From an uncultured Verrucomicrobiota bacterium (lineage in GTDB: Bacteria > Verrucomicrobiota > Kiritimatiellia > RFP12 > UBA1067), in NCBI GenBank assembly GCA_945834475.1, contig CAMAHK010000003.1, forward strand, positions 900 through 64,899: a stretch of 64,000 nt of DNA. The letters are read 5' to 3'. The notes under the pieces were generated by a model. The model worked only from the letters and a program-made list of their open reading frames with translations. It was not told the DNA's origin and made no database searches. Shown piece after piece: positions 9,089 through 16,254 of this stretch. Position 1 is the first letter of the stretch. Each line of letters begins with the position of its first letter. Both the position numbers and the translations under genes were made by a program.

Positions 9089-9964
9089 TTAGATGAGATT
9101 GAGGGACTTGAGCGTCGCCGACATCTGCGCGAGATTCGCGTCGGTCGTCTCGCAGAGCGGCAGACGGAAGACGCGTCCGCACTTGCCGCGCAGGGCCAGC
9201 GCCTCCTTCACCATCACGGGATTTGTGTCGATGAAGAGGTCGTGGAAAAGCGGATAGTACTTCTGGTGGTACGCACGAGCCTCAACGAACTTGCCGCCAA
9301 GCGCGAGACGCACCATATCGCCCATCTCCTGCGGGATCACGTTCGACGCGACCGAGATGACGCCTTCCGCACCGACCGAGATCATCGGCAGCGCGAGCGA
9401 GTCGTCGCCCGAGAGAACGGTGAAGTCGGGACAGCGGCTCTTGATCGCCGAGACACGCTCGACCGAACCGGCCGCCTCCTTGATCGCGACGATGTTCGGA
9501 TGCGCCGCGAGACGCACGACGACGTCGAGCGGAATCTCCTTGCCCGCGCGGCCCGGCACATTGTAAAGGATCACTGGAAGCCCCAGATCGGCGACCGTCA
9601 TGAAGTGGCGATAGAGCCCTTCCGCGTTCGGCTTGTTGTAGTACGGCGTCACCTGCAGGCACGCGTCGGAACCGCCCGCCGCAATCGCCGCCTTGGTGAG
9701 CGAGATCGCCTCGGCCGTCGCGTTCGCGCCGGTTCCTGCAATGATCTTGCACTTGCCCGCCGCGAATTCAATCGTCTTCTCGATGACCTTGTGATGCTCC
9801 TCATGCGAGAGGGTCGGCGACTCGCCCGTCGTCCCGACGGAGCAGATGCCTTCAATGCCCGCCGCCGTCTGCTCCTCGACAATCGCCTTGAGAGCGCCGT
9901 AATCGACCGAACCGTCCTTCGCGAACGGGGTGACCAGCGCCGTAATCGTACCTGAAATTTTCAT
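9089..9964 (-). CDS. dapA: 4-hydroxy-tetrahydrodipicolinate synthase
   Basis: 291-aa ORF with TALVTPF, GTTGESPTLSHEEH and TPYYNKP motifs. Confidence 0.95.
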   Translation of the reverse strand: MKISGTITALVTPFAKDGSVDYGALKAIVEEQTAAGIEGICSVGTTGESPTLSHEEHHKVIEKTIEFAAGKCKIIAGTGANATAEAISLTKAAIAAGGSDACLQVTPYYNKPNAEGLYRHFMTVADLGLPVILYNVPGRAGKEIPLDVVVRLAAHPNIVAIKEAAGSVERVSAIKSRCPDFTVLSGDDSLALPMISVGAEGVISVASNVIPQEMGDMVRLALGGKFVEARAYHQKYYPLFHDLFIDTNPVMVKEALALRGKCGRVFRLPLCETTDANLAQMSATLKSLNLI

Positions 9965-9971
9965 GCCGCGT

Positions 9972-9980
9972 ATTATATCA
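9972..9980 (-). promoter_or_regulatory. Extended -10 box TGATATAAT, 7 nt upstream of the dapA ATG
   Basis: The minus strand reads TGATATAATACGCGGC-ATG with no SD. Confidence 0.55.
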
Positions 9981-10001
9981 TTTTTTATCCGCGCCGCGCT
10001 G

Positions 10002-10010
10002 TGCTATAAT
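10002..10010 (+). promoter_or_regulatory. Extended -10 box TGCTATAAT, 11 nt upstream of the GT2 ATG (divergent from the dapA box)
   Basis: TGCTATAATACACGGCAACA-ATG. Confidence 0.5.
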
Positions 10011-10021
10011 ACACGGCAACA

Positions 10022-10921
10022 ATGATCGTTTCCGTCATCATTCCCGTCTACAACGTCGCCCCGTATCTCCGCGCCGGCCTTGATTCGGTGCGCACCGCAG
10101 CCGAAAACCAGTCCGCGGCGACAGTCGAGATCATCTGTGTCGACGACGGGTCGACGGACGGGTCGACCGGAATCCTCGACACATCCCCCTCGCCTGCCGT
10201 CCCGCACACGCTCAAGGTCCTGCATTGTCCCCACCGGGGCGTTTCCGCCGCGCGCAACGCCGGATTAGACGCTGCCACGGGCGATCTCATCCTCTTTGCC
10301 GATCCCGACGACATGGTTGCTGCCGATTGGATCGCGAACCTGATCCGCGCAGCGGCCAACGCCGATCTCGTCTGGACGGGATACGCGCAGGACGGCATCC
10401 GCCACGAGCCCTCCGACGTCAACCAGACTTACGTCGGCGACGCAATCCGTCGCCGTCTCTGGCGCGCCGTCTTCGGCTACCGACTGCGCGATCTCGCGAA
10501 ACTGTTCCTTCCCGGAGGACTTTGGACGCGCTGCAAACGCGAAATGGCGGGCGTCTGGCGTTGTGCCGTCCGTCGCGAGACCCTTGGAGGTCTCCGCTTT
10601 GACCCAAGCCTGAGTCTTTACGAAGACGCGATGTTCATCACCGAACTGGCGACCCGCGCCCGCCGTCTCGGCGTTGTCGGGGACTGCGGCTATGACTGGC
10701 GCGTTCGCCCGACCGGCGCGATGTCCCGCGAATTCCGCGAGCGCGCCGTCGTCCACAAATTCGCCGTCCGCAACGTCCGCGCCCGGATCGACCCGAAGAA
10801 GACCCACTGGCGCGGCACATTCCTGCTCTCGGCTCTTGAGATCCTCAAGACCGCCGGCTTCGCCTGCGCGATCCGTTATCTCACGGGGAAAGACCCCGAC
10901 CTCACTTGCCGCCGAGCTTGA
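10022..10921 (+). CDS. Family 2 glycosyltransferase
   Basis: MIVSVIIPVYNVAPYL ... CVDDGSTDGS ... DPDD pattern typical of GT2. This is the only plus-strand gene I accept. Its 3' end overlaps the convergent gene by 20 nt. Confidence 0.8.
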   Translation: MIVSVIIPVYNVAPYLRAGLDSVRTAAENQSAATVEIICVDDGSTDGSTGILDTSPSPAVPHTLKVLHCPHRGVSAARNAGLDAATGDLILFADPDDMVAADWIANLIRAAANADLVWTGYAQDGIRHEPSDVNQTYVGDAIRRRLWRAVFGYRLRDLAKLFLPGGLWTRCKREMAGVWRCAVRRETLGGLRFDPSLSLYEDAMFITELATRARRLGVVGDCGYDWRVRPTGAMSREFRERAVVHKFAVRNVRARIDPKKTHWRGTFLLSALEILKTAGFACAIRYLTGKDPDLTCRRA

Positions 10922-13900
10922 GCCAGACGCGGAGAAGTTCCGAGTCGCTCCAGGCCTGAGCCGTGCAGCCCTTCTGGGCATGCGGCGCATCGCCGTCGGC
11001 GTTCTCGCTCACGTGACAGAGACAGCCCGCGTTGACGTTCTCGACGGCCGTCGCGAGAAGCTGCAGCGCAACCTCCTTCGAACAGCTCTTCGTCATCGCC
11101 AGGGCCTCCGCATAGAGCGGGAACGGCCACGCCCAGATCGTCCCGTTGTGATACGCGGGCTTCCGGCATGTGTCCTCGTCGCCCGCATAGACGCCGCGAT
11201 ACATCGGATGCTCCGCGTTGAGCGAACGGACTCCGCCCGGCACGAGCAGTTCCTCGGTCGCCGCGAGGATCGACTTGTCGTCGAGCACGCCCAGCGTGAT
11301 GAGAAAGAGCTGGTTCGGACGGATCGTGTCCTCCGGCTTCGCCAAAGCCGCAGGCTCCCCATTCGGTGCCGCGAGACAATCGTAGTACCCCGTACCGCGG
11401 TGCGTCTCGCCCGCGGCGTCTCCAAGCCCCTCTCCCCCAACCTTGAAATACTTCGTGACGCTGGCCAGCGCCTTCTCGGCGAGTTCCGTGCGTCCGAGGA
11501 AGCGAAGCGCCGAGATCCAGAGCGCCTGAATCTCGACCGGATACCCGATGCGCGGCGTACAGGCTGGATAGTTCGTATCCATCCACGTGAAGTGCGACGG
11601 CGACCAGATCAGCGCCGACTCCGGATCCATGTGAATCCCGTTCGGCGTCCCCGAGATGTAATGGTCGACAATCGACTCGCAAGTCTTTTTGAGCGTGGAT
11701 ATAGTACCCGGCGTGACCTCACGCCGAGGCGTGGTATCAGCCGACTGACTCAAGGCTTCCGTGTCAGCGCCACGGCGTGAGGTCACGCCGGGTACTTGAG
11801 ACACCTCTTGCACACAGCGGATGAACCAGAGCTGGGCGTCGGTCGTGTCGCGGTTGCCGGCCGTCTTGCCGTAGATGATGTTGGGAAGCGTCCCGTTCTC
11901 CTCGAACGCGGCGAACGCCTGAAGGATGCGCACGGAGTCCTCGATCTTCCCCGCGGCAATCATACCGCGCATGAAGATGAACGTGTCGCGTCCCCAGTCG
12001 AGGAACCACGGATACCCCGCGATCACGGTTTTCAAATCATCGCGTTTGACAATGAAGAGGTCCAGCGACTGCGCGAGCGCAGTCGCAAAAGACACCGTAC
12101 CGCGAGCGGCCTTCGGCTGCGTCGCTTCGCTCGGCTGTTTCTCGGCCGCGGCACTCTCCAAGACGCCTGTTGCCACGCCGCCGGCGAGGACGCTCGGCGG
12201 TACGGTGTTCAGCCCCCCTAGTATCTCCGCCGTCTCGCCGACCTTGAGGTCGGCCGAGATCCAGCCGGGCGAATAGAGGTCGCCCGAGCCGTCCTGTCCG
12301 CGCGCCGCCTCCTCGGCGTGCGACACGTTGTAGATCCACTCGGGCTCGTGGTGGTACGCGCCATTGACGACGCGCATCGCGAACGTCTCCCCATACGGCG
12401 CGAAGTCAAACCCCGCCGACGTACCCGCAGCCGTACCGCGGTGCGTCTCGCCCGAACAGCCGAGCGAAGCGAGACAGCCGCAGGCCGCGTCTCCAAGCCC
12501 ATCCCCGTTACCCGCCGCGGGCGAGACGCACCGCGGTACGGTTTTCTCCCTGAACAGCCCTTCCGCCCCACCATACGCCTTCGTCGTCGCATGGAAGCTG
12601 CGCCATTCGATGTCGGGACGGAACACAAGGCGAACCTGATCGCCGACATCGTCCTCGCCTGCGTCGCCGCGCGTCACGGTAAGCCGCGCGACATTGCCCT
12701 TCTCCAGCGCGAGTGTGAACGCAAAGGCAGTCTCACGGCCCATGCCGCACGGCACACGGAAGTCCCACGTCGCGAAGCGTCCCGCCGGATCGGCCGTAAA
12801 GCGCGTCACACACTTCATGTCGAGTTCGCGCACATAGCCCTCGCGCTGCAGCCAGCACCGTGTGCGCGCCCAGAGGTTGAGACGGTCGGACGGTACATCG
12901 GGATTCGGATTCGCCGCGAGCGTCGCGTCGTACTGGCTCGCAATCGAGCCCCAGGCGACGCGCAGCTGCGCCGCGGCCCCCTCGCCGTTCGAGAGGATCG
13001 TGCGCATCAGCGGATTCTTGCGCACCTCCTCACCCATCAGCGACAGCTTCACCTTCGCCTGACGCGAGCGCGGCGGGATCAAGAGTTCGGAGACCGTCCG
13101 CGTCGTCGCATGCGCGGCATAGACCGTCATTTTGAAGACCAGTCGCCGACACGCCGTGCCGTCGCCCTTATAGTGCGGCGCGTCAAAGGTAATGAGGTTG
13201 AGGTTAGAGGTTGAGAGATTGGTTGAAGACGAGAGGTTGGCGGGGACGGAGCGATAGGCGCGGATCGTCTTGCCGGTCGCCGGATCGACAATCTCGAGGC
13301 GGAAACGATGCGGCGCCGAAACCTCCAGAAGCTGGTTCTCCGGCACGCAGACCTGCCGCCGCGCGTCCCGCGGATACACCCAATGGAAGGTGTGACGAGT
13401 ACCCGGCGTGACCTCACGCCGAGGCGCGGTAACAGCCGACTGACTCAAGACCTCCGTGTCAGCGCCACGGCGTGAGGTCACGCCGGGTACTTCTTCCACG
13501 CACAGCACTTCGCCCGGCTTGAGGAACTCCTTGCCCGACAGGTAGCGCCGTTCTCCCGTGATGAGATCGGTGACCTCACCCCCCGGGAACTTCGCGGCGT
13601 CCCACGCGATCGTCGCGCCATTGGCGCAGTCGAGATTGGCGAGAATGAGAACCTTGTCAGCGCCTGTCGCCGAGACGGCGACGGTACGGACGACGGCAAG
13701 CGTATTACCCTCGCCGCGCGTCACGACCTCGAGGTGACTCGCGTTCGCGAAGCTCGGATGTGTCGAGAGAATCGCATTGAGCCGCGAAATGAGCGGCACC
13801 ATGTTGTTGGACGCGCCCCAGTTGAGGTCGTTCTTGCCGTGGACGTCGATCTTCTCGGTCGCGTACCACTCGACGCCATTCGCCATACCCCACGCGCCCT

Positions 13901-15116
13901 GCCACGAGAGCAGCGCGGCGAGCTGGACGCGCAAGCGCGCGTAAGTGACGCCGCTCTTCGCGAGGCGGTCGTTGTCGTGCGTTTCGGCGAAGTGGACGAG
14001 CGTGCCGAACTTCTCGGACCGCGCAATCGCTCCGGGCAGATACCACTCGAACGCGCCGCGGTCGTAGGTCTGGAAGATTTCCGAATACGCCCAGTCGAGA
14101 TTCGCCTCGGCGAGAAGCGCGTCCGTCACCTCGAGCTTGCCGCCGAGGCCCTCGAGCATGAAGACCGTGTCGGGATACTCCTCGCGGACACGCGCGACGA
14201 TGTATTCCCAGGTCTTGAGCGGGATCATGTACCCCGCGTCACAGCGGAAGCCGTCCACGCCATTCCGGCACCAGAAGAGGAAGACATCCGCCATGTAAGC
14301 GCGGAGTTCCGGCTTCGAATAGTCGAGCTCGACAAGGTCCGCCCACTTGACACCCCACGCGCCCGGCGAATGGAAGCGTCCGTCGGCCTCATGCGAGAAC
14401 CAGTCCGGATGATGCGTCTGCAGCGTCGATGCCCAGCCCGTGTGGTTCGCCGGCAGGTCAACGAAGAAGAGTCCCTCGCGGGCATGGACGGCGTCCACAA
14501 GCTCGCGGAACTGATCGAGCGGCGTCGCGAACTCGTCGAACTCGGCCATCGCCGGATCGACCGAGAAGAAGTCCGTCGCGGCGAACGGACACCCATACTC
14601 GCCCATCACCGCGTACGTCGTCGGCACGGGGAACGGCGGCAGCGTCTGAATGATCTTGAAGCCCATGTCGCCCATGATGAAGTCGAGCTTGCGGGCGACG
14701 GCACGGAACGAGCCAAACTGACGCGGGAAGACCGTGTAGATCGAGTTGTTCGTGCGCGTGTCGGCGCTCTCGACCTTGACGTGCGTGTTCGGACCCTCCG
14801 GCCACTCGGGTACGTTCGAGCCCTCCGGGAAGAAACAAGCCTTGCCAGAGAAGATACCGACCTCATTGAGCGGAATCGTCACGTGAAAGACGCCCGGCGC
14901 CGTCTCGGCCATCGGGATATCGGTCCACGCCCGCGCGAGCGGCGTCTCGCCGCGCTCGGTCTCGGCGATGATCTCGCGACGGCGGATGCGCGCGTTGCCG
15001 AGGTTCGTACGGAACGCGGCGCGTCCCTTCCGCGGCGCATCGAGGGTCAGGGTCACGTCAAGGGAATCACCGCGCCATTTGAGAATGAAGTCGTTAGTCG
15101 AGGGGAACTGGGTCAT
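10902..15116 (-). CDS. Bifunctional-type glycogen debranching enzyme (N-terminal GH13 alpha-amylase-family domain plus C-terminal GH133 amylo-alpha-1,6-glucosidase/GDE_C domain)
   Basis: 1404-aa ORF. GH13 signatures are GFRCDAGYMIP, FMLEGLGG and FAETHDN. GDE_C signatures are GYPWFLDWGRDTFI and GTIWAWPFPLY. It is interrupted in-frame by at least five palindromic repeat copies and one simple-repeat array. Confidence 0.85.
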   Translation of the reverse strand: MTQFPSTNDFILKWRGDSLDVTLTLDAPRKGRAAFRTNLGNARIRRREIIAETERGETPLARAWTDIPMAETAPGVFHVTIPLNEVGIFSGKACFFPEGSNVPEWPEGPNTHVKVESADTRTNNSIYTVFPRQFGSFRAVARKLDFIMGDMGFKIIQTLPPFPVPTTYAVMGEYGCPFAATDFFSVDPAMAEFDEFATPLDQFRELVDAVHAREGLFFVDLPANHTGWASTLQTHHPDWFSHEADGRFHSPGAWGVKWADLVELDYSKPELRAYMADVFLFWCRNGVDGFRCDAGYMIPLKTWEYIVARVREEYPDTVFMLEGLGGKLEVTDALLAEANLDWAYSEIFQTYDRGAFEWYLPGAIARSEKFGTLVHFAETHDNDRLAKSGVTYARLRVQLAALLSWQGAWGMANGVEWYATEKIDVHGKNDLNWGASNNMVPLISRLNAILSTHPSFANASHLEVVTRGEGNTLAVVRTVAVSATGADKVLILANLDCANGATIAWDAAKFPGGEVTDLITGERRYLSGKEFLKPGEVLCVEEVPGVTSRRGADTEVLSQSAVTAPRREVTPGTRHTFHWVYPRDARRQVCVPENQLLEVSAPHRFRLEIVDPATGKTIRAYRSVPANLSSSTNLSTSNLNLITFDAPHYKGDGTACRRLVFKMTVYAAHATTRTVSELLIPPRSRQAKVKLSLMGEEVRKNPLMRTILSNGEGAAAQLRVAWGSIASQYDATLAANPNPDVPSDRLNLWARTRCWLQREGYVRELDMKCVTRFTADPAGRFATWDFRVPCGMGRETAFAFTLALEKGNVARLTVTRGDAGEDDVGDQVRLVFRPDIEWRSFHATTKAYGGAEGLFREKTVPRCVSPAAGNGDGLGDAACGCLASLGCSGETHRGTAAGTSAGFDFAPYGETFAMRVVNGAYHHEPEWIYNVSHAEEAARGQDGSGDLYSPGWISADLKVGETAEILGGLNTVPPSVLAGGVATGVLESAAAEKQPSEATQPKAARGTVSFATALAQSLDLFIVKRDDLKTVIAGYPWFLDWGRDTFIFMRGMIAAGKIEDSVRILQAFAAFEENGTLPNIIYGKTAGNRDTTDAQLWFIRCVQEVSQVPGVTSRRGADTEALSQSADTTPRREVTPGTISTLKKTCESIVDHYISGTPNGIHMDPESALIWSPSHFTWMDTNYPACTPRIGYPVEIQALWISALRFLGRTELAEKALASVTKYFKVGGEGLGDAAGETHRGTGYYDCLAAPNGEPAALAKPEDTIRPNQLFLITLGVLDDKSILAATEELLVPGGVRSLNAEHPMYRGVYAGDEDTCRKPAYHNGTIWAWPFPLYAEALAMTKSCSKEVALQLLATAVENVNAGCLCHVSENADGDAPHAQKGCTAQAWSDSELLRVWLKLGGK
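11392..11429. repeat. Class-1 element, solo arm plus GTCTCCAAGCCC tail (in the debranching enzyme gene)
   Basis: GTACCGCGGTGCGTCTCGCCCGCGGCGTCTCCAAGCCC, translated as GLGDAAGETHRGT. Confidence 0.85.
11704..11795. repeat. Class-1 related 92-bp nested palindrome, copy 1 (in the debranching enzyme gene)
   Basis: Perfect 23-nt terminal inverted repeats GTACCCGGCGTGACCTCACGCCG / CGGCGTGAGGTCACGCCGGGTAC. Each arm is itself a palindrome (GGCGTGA-CC-TCACGCC). It is translated as VPGVTSRRGADTEALSQSADTTPRREVTPGT. Confidence 0.9.
12097..12203. repeat. Class-1 element, 107-bp doublet, type 2 (in the debranching enzyme gene)
   Basis: GTACCGCGAGCGGCCTTCGGCTGCGTCGCTTCGCTCGGCTG ... GCCGGCGAGGACGCTCGGCGGTAC. 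The first 55 nt are identical to the copy at 15374. Confidence 0.9.
12433..12539. repeat. Class-1 element, 107-bp doublet, type 1 (in the debranching enzyme gene)
   Basis: GTACCGCGGTGCGTCTCGCCC ... GGGCGAGACGCACCGCGGTAC are perfect 21-nt inverted termini. The internal module CAGCCGAGCGAAGCGAGACAGCCGCAGGCCGC is the inverse of the module in the type 2 copies. Confidence 0.9.
13194..13240. repeat. GAGGTT-type simple repeat inside the debranching enzyme gene
   Basis: GAGGTTGAGGTTAGAGGTTGAGAGATTGGTTGAAGACGAGAGGTTGG, translated as ANLSSSTNLSTSNLNL. Confidence 0.7.
13399..13490. repeat. 92-bp nested palindrome, copy 2 (in the debranching enzyme gene)
   Basis: It matches the copy at 11704-11795 at 88 of 92 positions by hand alignment. 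It is translated as VPGVTSRRGADTEVLSQSAVTAPRREVTPGT. Confidence 0.9.
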
Positions 15117-15120
15117 GAGA

Positions 15121-15151
15121 GTGTTAAGTGATAAGTGTTAAGTGATAAGTG
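15121..15151. repeat. GTGTTAAGTGATAA tandem repeat (2.2 units) immediately upstream of the debranching-enzyme start
   Basis: GTGTTAAGTGATAAGTGTTAAGTGATAAGTG begins 5 nt from the ATG at 15116. Confidence 0.75.
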
Positions 15152-15165
15152 GCGGTGGGAGATTC

Positions 15166-16119
15166 TTATTGCCAAAGGGATTTGAGATAGGCGAGGCCTG
15201 CGGCGAGTTCGGGTTCGGTGATGCCGGCGTGGGGTTCGAAAACGATGTGGCGCACCGTTTCGGCAAGCGGTTTCAGCGCGGCAAAATCGACCTTGCCCTG
15301 TCCCGGCGCGAGATGGTCATCGCCTCCGACCGAGTCGTTGATGTGCAAGCCCAACACCGTACCGTCCAGCCCCGTACCGCGAGCGGCCTTCGGCTGCGTC
15401 GCTTCGCTCGGCTGTTTCTCGGCCGCGGCGTCTCCAAGCTCCCCCGTACCAGCACCGCGGGCGAGGACGCTCCGCGGTACGAAGTTATGCCGAACAAAGT
15501 CATGCCCCGTGTCAAACCAGGGCTTCACCCAGTCGCCGCAAAGCTGACCGATCTCCCATTCGGCGGGGAAGCCCTCGAGATACGGCAGGTTCTCGAGCCC
15601 GAGCGTCACCTTGTTCGCCTCGAGGTCAGGCACAAGCGCGGCGAGTTCCTTCTTCGCAATGTCAATCATCTTGAGGCCGCGCTTCACGCGGCGACTGAAG
15701 TCCCAACGCGAGAAGCACCCGCGGCACATCACACGGCCGAGATGCAGGACAAGCGCGTCGGCCCCCATCTCCGCAGCAAAGCGGATGTTCTTGCGAATCT
15801 GGAACTGAGCCATCTTCCGCGCCTCCTCGTCGAACGAGGCGAGGTGGTAAAGTTCGGGATACCCCTGCGGTGCGGAAATCGGGACGGGACAAAATGCGTG
15901 CACAGACCCGACAGGCATCTCATCGAGCCGCGCCTTGAAGCCCTTCACTTGGAAATCCGTCGTATGGAAGCCGAGCTCCAACGCCTTGAACCCCAGACGG
16001 AGCGCCATATCGACAATCTCCTCCCCGGACTCCAGACGCCGATTGCACCAATTAGTCGAGAGCGCGAACGTCGCGCTCCACCGATTAATCGTCCCATTCG
16101 TCTTCCCGCTTTCTGTCAT
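15166..16119 (-). CDS. Sugar phosphate isomerase/epimerase (xylose isomerase-like TIM barrel)
   Basis: 317-aa ORF with ALELGFH ... ADALVLHLGRV ... LGLENLPY pattern. It carries a 107-bp repeat element at 15374-15480. Confidence 0.75.
   Translation of the reverse strand: MTESGKTNGTINRWSATFALSTNWCNRRLESGEEIVDMALRLGFKALELGFHTTDFQVKGFKARLDEMPVGSVHAFCPVPISAPQGYPELYHLASFDEEARKMAQFQIRKNIRFAAEMGADALVLHLGRVMCRGCFSRWDFSRRVKRGLKMIDIAKKELAALVPDLEANKVTLGLENLPYLEGFPAEWEIGQLCGDWVKPWFDTGHDFVRHNFVPRSVLARGAGTGELGDAAAEKQPSEATQPKAARGTGLDGTVLGLHINDSVGGDDHLAPGQGKVDFAALKPLAETVRHIVFEPHAGITEPELAAGLAYLKSLWQ
15374..15480. repeat. Class-1 element, 107-bp doublet, type 2 (in the TIM-barrel isomerase gene)
   Basis: It has the same GTACC...GGTAC termini and the same internal module as 12097-12203. 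It is translated as VPRSVLARGAGTGELGDAAAEKQPSEATQPKAARGT. Confidence 0.9.
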
Positions 16120-16128
16120 CAGGCGAAT

Positions 16129-16137
16129 ATTATATCA
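16129..16137 (-). promoter_or_regulatory. Extended -10 box TGATATAAT, 9 nt upstream of the ATG at 16119
   Basis: The minus strand reads TGATATAATATTCGCCTG-ATG with no SD. Confidence 0.5.
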
Positions 16138-16254
16138 AATCATCGCCGCATCAGAAACGAAGGCTCGGGCGAATCTCGGAACGATACATTCGCTGGGCAA
16201 CTCCACCACCCAAGCCCCACCACTAATGTCCGACCCCGACAACACCCTAACGAT

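Noticed and set aside
9063-9182. N-terminal extensions given by the ORF track. The affected genes and track starts are potD 9182, nadD 41790, ABC ATPase 44972, nrdR 57614, dus 47916, AI-2E 39086, SWIM 49039, EIIA fusion 55728, ptsI 25830, HK 31119 and lptA-like 29309.
   Set aside because: The extensions are Arg-rich or start at TTG. They overlap upstream genes and lack homology-like sequence. Internal ATG or GTG starts give canonical N-termini (signal peptides, GxGxxG, zinc ribbons) with an SD, a TGNTATAAT box or a stop-start overlap.
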